From: the human T2T-CHM13v2.0 reference genome, Homo sapiens
Length of the DNA stretch: 64,000 nucleotides
Strand: one strand, 5' to 3'
Assembly: GCF_009914755.1 (NCBI RefSeq)
Contig: NC_060942.1
Shown here: in pieces, positions 52,477 to 64,000 of the stretch
How positions within the stretch are numbered: position 1 is the stretch's first letter
How the letters are laid out: each line of letters opens with the position of its first letter
Program-made: the position numbers and the translations under genes
The notes under the pieces: generated by a model
Databases searched by the model: none
The model's input: only the letters and a program-made list of their open reading frames with translations
What the model was told of the DNA's origin: nothing

Positions 52477-53724
52477 GTAATTAATGTGAGTGTGTGGCTG
52501 GTTTATGAAGGATTCCTGGAAGGAAGGCTAAGGCATATTGGAGTCACTATCAGGAAGAACCTTGTAGGTCATGCTAAGGAATTTAGACTTGTCTGTAGTT
52601 AATAGAAAACCACCAAGAAGCTGAGGATAATTTTTAAAAATCATATTGGAAGCTAGTTACAAATTCTTCCTGGATCAAAAGCACGCACTGTTCTATATAC
52701 TTGATCATATTATCTAAACACGGCTGTATATTTTAGGCTATATCAATGGATGTATCAACTTAAAAGCATTAAAAACTATATCTTCCAGAATACGCTAATA
52801 GTTAGCAAAATTTATCCTCAGTAATTTCTTTTGTTTTTTTTCATTTTGTGCTGCCAAGTATCCACACAAACAGATAAGAAATCTTATTAGAAGTATACCA
52901 TGGTTTTGGAGGTTTATTATATATTAATCCATGGTGCCATTTAAAAGTATTAACTTCACTAATGCTTATTTACTGTGAAAAAAATTCGTAAAGTGGACAC
53001 CAAATGGACACCTTTGAGTTACCTAGAAAATTCCCTTGCTGAGAAAAGAAGTGTTACTTCTCTGGACTATATCAATTTGTGAACTTTTTAAAAAGGTTAG
53101 ATTTGACAGACAGAGTCCCTCTGAAGAGGGAAAAAACTGCTCTAGTGAGAAAGCAGCAAATAGCTGAAGTTGAGAGAAAGGTAACAGTCCACTAAACAGA
53201 AAGCCAGAACCTTTACTCCAATATCAGCATGAGTCTGATCTCCCAAAGGAAAATTATATTGCAAACTCTCTAAAAATATAAAAGAAGTAATTTCAAAGTC
53301 TTTAGCTAAATGATAATTAAAATGTAAACATACAGTATCAAATGCTGATGAATATTGTTTCCATGGAAAATGTGTTAGAAAGATGATGGAGCGAATGAGT
53401 CTTCTAATTTTTTTGGATAAGTTGTATGATAGTGTTTACTAATTTAATTGAAGGCATTTACAATTGACAAACTATTCAATATTTATCTTGTTTTATTAAA
53501 AAAACACGAACATAAAAAGGGAACATTATAATTTAGTTGGTGGACATTACATTGCATATAAGCTTTTACAAAATGTATTAATTCCTGTTACTAATTATGT
53601 TTCATAGGAATAGCATCTATTTTCAATTAACAGAATCTATTTCAGAGGAAAAATTTTGTGATACACAGATGTTTTCTATATATTGTCAACCAGATATCAT
53701 TGCCAATATAAGTGACACACATAG

Positions 53725-54159
<435 letters not shown>

Positions 54160-54577
54160 TGTGTTTTACAACATTCTAAAAAATCTGCATGTGGGCCACT
54201 TGCATAATGATTAGAACCCAAAATTAATTCCACTAATTACATTTGCTTTTGAAACCATGAACTATGATTGGAATTATGTATTTTGTACCTCTTAACCCAT
54301 CATCCAATTCAAATCAACTGCTTTGTTTTTAAAGATAATATATCTAAAACACTCATTTAGCTCAAAGGTAGGTATAAAAAGAAAAGAAAAAAGACATTTG
54401 GGGCATGCAAATGCATGCGCATCAGTATGCTAATAGTCTAGAAATGACAATCATTATTTAGTTTTATAAAAAAATAGAAGCACAGATTATTTATTCAATG
54501 TATGTGTGTATGTTTATATGTACAGGCAATTCTTGTTATAGGTGATGTGTATGTTCTGCAAAGTTGCCACTGTTAAC

Positions 54578-54660
54578 TGTTGCAGTGAACTATGATCATG
54601 CCAGTGCACTCCAGCCTGGGCAACAGCACAAGACTCTGTCTCAAAAAAATAATAATAATA
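54578..54660 (+). mobile_element. Alu 3' fragment
   Basis: GTTGCAGTGAACTATGATCATGCCAGTGCACTCCAGCCTGGGCAACAG plus an A/TAA tail. Confidence 0.88.
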
Positions 54661-54744
54661 ACTCTCTTGGTCCCTCATCTCCTTTCAGAAACTCCTTTGC
54701 TTCTCCGCTACCATTCATTGCAGAACTTCCTTGGGTTGTAGTTT

Positions 54745-55158
54745 TAAAATATTTCCTCCCTTTCTGTATGCTCTCTCTTCACTTTGTTTATTGCTTCCTT
54801 TGATGTGCAGAAGCTTTTTAGTTTGATTTAATCCCGTTTGTCTATTTTTGCTTTTGTTGCCAGTGCTTTTGAGGTCATATAAAAAAATTATTGCACAGAC
54901 CAATGTCATGAAGCTTTTCCCTTTTTGAAAAATCTAGTAGTTTCATGGTTGTGAGATGTAAATTGAAGTTTTAAATTCATTTTGAATTGATTTTTGTATA
55001 CAGTGAGAGATGGAGTCTGAAAACTCATAACTCTGTGAGGTAATGCATTTGTTTATTAGCTGGACTTAATCTTTCCATAAGATATATTTACTTGAAAACA
55101 TTACTTTGTACAAGATAAATAGGTACGATTTTACCTGTCAATTAGAAAAAAAATAAAA
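54745..55158. mobile_element. L1 antisense ORF2 segment (54745-~55018) joined to a sense L1MA 3' end (~55019-55158)
   Basis: GTGCAGAAGCTTTTTAGTTTGAT (antisense), then ATAACTCTGTGAGGTAATGCA...TGTCAATTAG and an A-tail. Confidence 0.8.
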
Positions 55159-55159
55159 G

Positions 55160-56810
<1,651 letters not shown>

Positions 56811-57509
56811 AGTTGTTAAAATGATGGTGGCTTTCATAGTGGAGAGCACTTTGGAATGGAGGAAATAAAGCAAATCTCACTTTAGAAATTATTATTTTGT
56901 TGAACAATTTGTGAACATACTGGCAAATATTCACATTACAGTAAAAATGGGTCTGGCTGTAAGTAACTGCCTCTGATCTAGCTCAGTGCTCAGTGGAATT
57001 GAAAATGTGTTCTATGACCTTAGTCACATCTCTATTCTTTCCCCAGAACAGCTATTCTTAATTTATGCTAGTACTATTCACTCATGTCTCCTAAATCACC
57101 TCACTCTCAGTAGGTGATTGGGATTTAACTTCAAAAAGAAAACAGTCATTAAAAGTGAAAACACTCAGTTTTGTAAAATCCCAACCTCCAAACTTAGCGA
57201 TCCAAATTCATCTTTTCTGTTTTTCATTTCACAGTGCCTTCTCCTCTATTACTTTACCTAATAGAGGATCAGGAAGAAAGTCTTTTCTCTAATCAGCAGG
57301 CTGTAAGTATGAAAGGCCATATCTCCTGGTAATCTGAAGCTCTGTCTCAAAAAGGAGCTGGTTTGAAACATTAAAATCAACAGGGAGTTTGAAAAATATA
57401 GACAATAAATGTTGGCTCCCTAACACAATGCATGAGGTAGGTGCTATTATTTGCACTGTTTACAAACTTGCAAATTTAGACAGAGAGTCCTTAAGTAACC
57501 TGCTAGTAA

Positions 57510-57838
<329 letters not shown>

Positions 57839-59122
57839 TAGAGTACACGTTTTTAACTGTCGTACCACACTGCCGAATTTATGCTACAAGGTCATGAATG
57901 AGTTGCCATGCCGGTTTATATATTGGTGCTTCATAATTCTGGAATGTGAACCATCTTTAAGTCAGAGCATATCAATATGGAATAACCATTAAGTTTCTGA
58001 GATATACTAATTTACCCTCTTCTGGGAATCAAGAGACTTCACTGAAAGGCAGAAACCAAAGCTAAATTTGTAGAATAATTTCAGAATCCTAGATTACGGC
58101 TATTAGCATCCAGCAATTCAACTCTGATTTGACAGCAGGAGCCATCCCTTGGGGCCAGGACTGAATAAACCCAATAAGAAGTTTTTCATTCAAATAGTCC
58201 TACCTTCTTAACTGTAATCATTTTCTTCAGCTACATCTTGCCACAGATGCAGCAATCATTACTTTGTTTTATCTTTTGGGCAGAGCAGACACTGAACATC
58301 ATTTCAATATAGCTTGCAGTTTAAACACAGTACAATTCATACTTATGCAATCTCATTTAATCTGTGTCTATGCCCTCGTTTCTCCTGGCCGCACCATTTC
58401 AATATAGTTGGGACTAGGTAGCTTTTCCTGCCTATAATCGTAAAAAGCACAGGATCCTTTGCAAAGTGATGAGTAAGGTGTTCAAGCTATTGAAGTTTCT
58501 CAGTGTTTCACTATTAAACTTTATCCCTGTGTTTTAAGGAAAGCTGATAGCTCTCTGGCTGTCATAAGGACAATGTATATAATAACCTCTCTTGCTTCCC
58601 CCGGGAGAGTCATGTTTTTCTTTCCCTCTGTAAAGACTATCATACAATACTATAATTTTATACATTCAAAATTTTACTACAAAATTATTAGTTCTTTTAT
58701 TGTATAGATCTGTGACTATGATAAAGGCAGAATAATAGTCTATAAAATTCAGGAAAAAGCTTTTGGATACTAAATAGTCTAAACATTGGTATACTTACAG
58801 TTACTTAAGTCAGCACTGCATTTTGCCAGAGTAGATAAAGTTGAGCTTATCTACATAGATTCAATAACAATTGTTTTGCAAAATAGTTAACTTCTCCTGC
58901 TTTTCACTTATAAGCATATTTTTATTATAGTAATCTTTCCAAGTAGTTAATCTTTCTAAAGAAATCATTAAGTGAATCCACACAATATTGTGAATTCAAA
59001 TGTGATTTAAAAAAATTGTTATGTCAGTATCCTCTCTTTACCTGTTTAGTTTAATGCTGGGCTGATTTCTACTCGAGAATCCTTGATGTGAGAATTGTTT
59101 GCTCAGTTTCTTTTATATCTTT

Positions 59123-59132
59123 AGCTCTCTTG

Positions 59133-59172
<40 letters not shown>
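59123..59172 (+). repeat. (CT)n(GT)n compound microsatellite
   Basis: Direct reading of the sequence. Confidence 0.93.
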
Positions 59173-59347
59173 AGCTGCTATAGAAGGGAACTGGAAATCA
59201 AGATAATTTTTATTACCACCATTTCTCTCATTTGTCTTTTGAAAGGGTTTCTATTACAAGTCAGTTTGACAAGTATTTATTGAGAAATTATTATGTAGTT
59301 TCTGTGTTCAAAGCACAGTTCAAAGCACTGTGTTCAATAACACATTG

Positions 59348-59730
59348 TGGTATGAACTGAATTGTGCTCCCCAATCCTGAATTCATATGTGGAAGCCTAA
59401 TCCTCAGTGTGATAATAACTGGGGTTCAGGCCTTTGGGAGGTAATTAGGTTTAGATTAGGTCATGAGGATGGATGGGCCCATCATGATGGGACTGTAGTG
59501 CCCTTACAAGAAGACACAGCAGGAAGGTTGTTTGCTCTGTCCCCACCGTATGAGGACACAGCAAGAAGGCTGCTGTCCACAGGCCAGGAAAAGAGGCTGT
59601 ACAAGGTACCTAATTGGCCAGCACCTTGGTCTCGGACTTCCCAGATCCCAGAACTGTGAGAAACAAATTTCTGTTGTGTAAGGCCCCAAGTCTGTGGTTT
59701 TTGTTGTGGCAGCCTGAGCAGAATAATACA
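59348..59730 (+). mobile_element. MLT1A-like MaLR solo LTR within an antisense L2
   Basis: TGGTATGAACTGAATTGTG...CAGAACTGTGAGAAACAAATTTCTGTTG...GCAGCCTGAGCAGAATAATACA. Confidence 0.9.
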
Positions 59731-60443
59731 GGTGGGACACAACATGGGGTGTAATCTACCTCTGTTCTCAAGGAGCTCATTGGAGCTGTAAGATAAGTGA
59801 AAAACATAATAGTATAGGGTTTAAAAATATATAGATAAGATGTTACTGGAATTTAGAAATAAAATTGGCATTAGCAAAGGACTTTGAGAACTGGCAGGAT
59901 TTCATAGGAAGATATAGAGTAAAATCATTCAGAAAGGAACAGGTAAGTGAAAGCGTTCAGATAGGAAAGCAGTGGAGTGCTTCCGTAGAAGTAAGTAATC
60001 CAAGCTGAGAGCACAATGTGGAGAGAAAAGTCAGTATGAGGATTTTAAGACAAAATAGTGACATTAAAGAATATTCCAAAGGGAAATTACTTTTACTTAA
60101 CTATGCAGAAAACAAATATTATTGGAAGCTTATAGATATGTATGTGATATGATTCAAGGTACAGTAGGCATTCATGAATTGATCAAAACATTGAATAAAA
60201 CAGGAAGAATAAGAAGCAATAGTGCAGTAAGAAAAATAAGAATCTAACTTATGTCAGTGACTGAAGACGCAAGGGAAGAAACATGTTAATAGACATCAAG
60301 AAAATTAGATACATAAGACTTGGCAAAAAATTTTTAAAAAGTGAGAAAAATAAGTAAAGGTGATTTTGTACTTTAAGCCAGAATGTATCCATAACATCAC
60401 CATTCTTGTACTATCAGGAGTGCATAATCTATGGCCCACACAA

Positions 60444-60508
60444 GTGCACACATGTATGTGTGTGCATGTGCACATATGCATGTGTACACACACACACACA
60501 CACACACA
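60444..60508. repeat. 65-bp uninterrupted purine-pyrimidine alternating tract ending in (CA)n
   Basis: Direct reading of the sequence. Confidence 0.9.
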
Positions 60509-60724
60509 GTCCTCCCTGGAATCTCAGGATAACAAGGAAAACACATAGACAAGCCTGCTCAAAAGGAACTTTGGAAATTAAATAGCATCATAAGGCTTGA
60601 TAAAGGAAGCAAGCTGATACAGCATACCAAGCCCAGCTGTAGTTAATACACAGATCTCTGAAGCTTACATGATTCAGATCCTTCTTTCACAAAATCATTC
60701 TTAAGTGATGATTTCTTCTCTAAA

Positions 60725-61020
60725 ACAACATACCTATCAGAATGGTTACATAAGAACTAGTGATAAAAACAAATATTGGTAATGACGCAGAGCAACTGGA
60801 TTGCGCATACATTGGTGGTAGGGATGAAAAACAATTCAGCCACTCTGGAAAATCATATGATTTTTCTTAAAAAATCCAAACAAACAAGTGCTTTTCATGC
60901 AATGCAACAATTGCACTCTTATGACATCTATCCCTGAAAAGTGAAACCACATGTTCCCACAAAATTTAACATAAATATTCATAGCAGCTTTATTTATAAT
61001 AACCCCAAACTGGAAACAGC
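60725..61020 (+). mobile_element. Old L1M (ME/MC) fragment
   Basis: GCAGAGCAACTGGA...CAGCCACTCTGGAAA...TTCATAGCAGCTTTATTTATAATAACCCCAAACTGGAAACA. Confidence 0.75.
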
Positions 61021-61056
61021 TATCTCCTCTTCTGTGGGCACTGTATGGAGAGGTCT

Positions 61057-61136
61057 CTGGAGATTTCTTCTGATGAAAACCATTATTTCAGGCTTCCTGG
61101 AGATTTCTTCTGATGCAAACCATTATTTCAGGCTTT
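61057..61136 (+). repeat. 40-bp tandem duplication
   Basis: CTGGAGATTTCTTCTGATG(A/C)AAACCATTATTTCAGGCTT(C/T) twice, 38/40 identical. Confidence 0.97.
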
Positions 61137-61833
61137 CCTATGGCAAGACTGTACTTTGGAGGATAATTTTGGGAAATAGTGTCATGTATAGAAATACGAG
61201 ATCTTAAGACTACTTGCGCTCAGATACTAGTTGGAAAGAATTCTTCACCCTAGCAGGTATGCCTGCTGCATCTCAAACCACAGGATTGAATTGGGCAGCC
61301 TTAGGGATGAAACTGAGGTAAGGGGCTATGAGTTTGAGTGTGTTCAATTTTCTTTTCAAAGATAATAATCTAAAATTTATTGATCAATTCTACCTTTATA
61401 TTCTAATTTATTTCATCAATCTCCTATTCTTCTATATTGTTAACATCCAATATTCTGTAGCACAGTTTTCTCCTTCACCACCCCTTAAAGGTTGAACTGA
61501 ATGTTTACTCCATTATTTTCCAGTTTTATTGGTATGAGAAGGATCATAATAAAAAAAAATACTGTAAAATATTATGAGAATATTTTATATAGAGAGTGCA
61601 TACTGCTTTTAATTGTGCTTACACACAAAACAGAAGAATATTGATGCAGATGCAGAAGCAAAGGAATATTTCTTGTTTTGCTTATGATAAGAAAAGTGAT
61701 GGTAGCAAATCCACCCAAAGTATAATGTCTTTATTTCTTGTTCTTAACAATCCTTGTGGCTGGTTGGGTGCCTCTTCTCAGAAAGAAAGTTGAAAAAACC
61801 AGTCGCCTTCATTATCATAGCCATCTTCTAGAT

Positions 61834-62357
61834 CAGCAATCCCCAACCTTTTTGGCACCAGGAACCGGTTTCGTGGAAGACAGTATTTCCGCCAATAGGA
61901 GCAGAGATGGTTTCGGAATGACTCGAGAGCATTCCATTTATTGTGCACTTTATTTCTATTATTATTACATTGCAATATATAATAAAATAATTACATAACT
62001 CCCCATAATGTAGTATCAGTGGGAGCCATGAGCTTGTTTTTCTGCAACTAGGTGGTCCCATGTGGGAGTGATGGGAGACAGTGACAGATCATCAGGCATT
62101 AGACTGTCATAGGGAGTGTGCCACTGAGATCCCTTGCATGTGCAGTTCACTATAGGGTTCGTGCTCCTGAGAGAATCTAATGCCACCACTGATCTGACAG
62201 GAGGCAGAGCTCAGGTGGTAATGCAGGCGATGCAGAGTGGCTGTAAATACCGATAAAGCTTTGCTTGCTTGCCTGCTGCTAACGTCTTGTTGTGTGGCCA
62301 GGTTTCTAACAGATCATGGATCATTACTGGTCTGTGGCCCAGGCGTTGGGGACCGTG
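61834..62357 (+). mobile_element. MER1A (hAT-Charlie) DNA transposon, full length
   Basis: CAGCAATCCCCAACCTTTTTGGCACCAGG...GTTGGGGACCGTG. 8-bp TSD (T/C)TCTAGAT at 61826-61833 and 62358-62365. Confidence 0.95.
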
Positions 62358-62547
62358 CTCTAGATTCTTGTGTGCCTGGACACATTTATCCTGTTGTTGA
62401 TCACCACTTTCCGAGGTAGTTATCACATCAAAGACTTTGCATCCCTTTCTGCTAAGTCAGATTGTTGCTAGGCTACCTAAAAGAGGATCCCTTGGATTAT
62501 CCAGAACACAGCAAGAAATAAAGCAAGCCAAAACATACCAATGATCA

Positions 62548-62549
<2 letters not shown>

Positions 62550-62588
<39 letters not shown>

Positions 62589-62591
62589 TGT
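62550..62591 (+). repeat. (GT)n microsatellite
   Basis: Direct reading of the sequence. Confidence 0.95.
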
Positions 62592-64000
62592 ATATCCAAT
62601 AATACTTACATTTAGCATTTTCCCATGCCATTGAAACTAGCAATGAATGAAATGAGCATTCAAGTCAAGATAGCAAGGGAAGTATATCTCTGATGAAGGG
62701 AAAATTATATGGATAAAACATAAAGTGTTACATTAAAAGACAGAATATACAGACAGAATGGAAAAAGGCTTTAAAGATCATGATTTTTGCAACAAAGTTT
62801 AATTGAGTACATATTAATTCATGACTACTCCATTGATTAACACTGTTGGAAGTTGGGTCATCTTGCATTTCGCAGATCCTGTGGTTTTCCTGTGCATGAT
62901 GCATGCCCCTCAGGGAACGGGTATCTTGCAAAGAGACATTTAATCATGGATAGTCTTTAAATCCTCTACTTCAACATGTACTAGTTCCTGAAACTAATCT
63001 GCTAGAGAGATGATTGCAGTTATGGCCATTCTCCTCTCCCCTTCACAAACAGTCTTTTTTTCCAACTTACAAAAGAAAGGCTTACCTCTCACAAATCATA
63101 AATGTTAGTAGAGTGTAAAAACCTCTGGGAATCCAAACACATTTATAGTTCAAGAACTGGTGTCAGGAGAGCCTTATTGAATAAAGAAATGGCATTAATA
63201 AAAACTGTCTTATAAACATTCCTGTTAAAAGCAACTCACAGCATCAGACAATGAACATTTTAGTCCATTTAAATAATGTTCCAAGTTTACTCTGATTCTA
63301 GAACTGGGTGAAATGAGTGATAATATTTTATTTAGTGAAATTGCCTCTTCTATTCACATAGTTACTGGAAGACAAGTCCTGAGAGAACAAGCAAAGGAGA
63401 CATGCAGAGAAACCCTGCAGTCAGCCGTGCTGGCGTTCATATAAACTCACAGCCAGGCATCCAATTCACGTTCTACCTCAGAATTAGGGCATTCAGGAAT
63501 TGTAAAAACTATGTTGAGAAGTATCAGTCTGCCAAGAAGTTTTCCTCTCTGCAGCTCAGTAATGAGAAAAAGCTAGGAGAATATATTCGTTCAACCCATG
63601 ATTAAGTCTGTGTTGCAACTGCGTATTTTTCATGATTTAAAAGGAGGTGAAACTTCCAATAAGTTAATGTTGCAATTTTGAAAAATAAGGTATATGAGCC
63701 CGTTGTAAGTAATTATTTCATAGTTTCTAGAACAGTTATTCAAATGTTAGAAGGAAAATTCCCATTAACATTTACAAAAAATATATTGTATAGTGGAAAA
63801 TCTTACCCATTGATTTAGTTGGATCTAAGCCTTCTGCTCACTCTCTCTCATTAGTTACTTCTCTCCTGGTTATTTAATTACCATAATAAGTGCAACATTG
63901 TGGCCTGCATTCTAAATAAAGCATTTGTATGTTTATCTTTTGTAAGCTTCATTTATTAGATGCTCAACATATTTTTTTCCTCACGCTTTTAATTTTCAAT

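Noticed and set aside
62860-62925. Possible small + strand exon (TTTCGCAG|ATCC...GG|GTATCT)
   Set aside because: The donor is weak and there is no supporting partner exon or reading frame.

Overview
AT-rich, gene-poor catarrhine primate DNA, probably human, either intergenic or deep intronic. AluY, LTR7 and L1PA copies indicate the lineage. I found no supportable protein-coding gene, RNA gene or CRISPR array. The ORF track is explained by Alu/L1/LTR sequence, microsatellites and chance. The window is a mosaic of decayed transposons: Alu, L1PA/PB/MA, L2, MIR, MaLR, ERVL and ERV1 solo LTRs, and the DNA elements MER1A, MER6 and MER46, many with readable target-site duplications (TSDs). The most notable structures are: (1) a nest of MLT1J > twin-primed inverted L1MA > intact solo LTR7; (2) an LTR pile carrying two perfect DUX4-type motifs; (3) a CpG-rich solo LTR1 whose mutated end forms a splice-acceptor-like site; (4) an unexplained ~140-bp direct duplication 1.86 kb apart; (5) two perfect 15-16-bp inverted repeats; (6) several motif-rich, non-repeat stretches that may be enhancers. 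Repeat family names come from recalled consensus sequences and need RepeatMasker/Dfam confirmation. I see no evidence of a new biological system.
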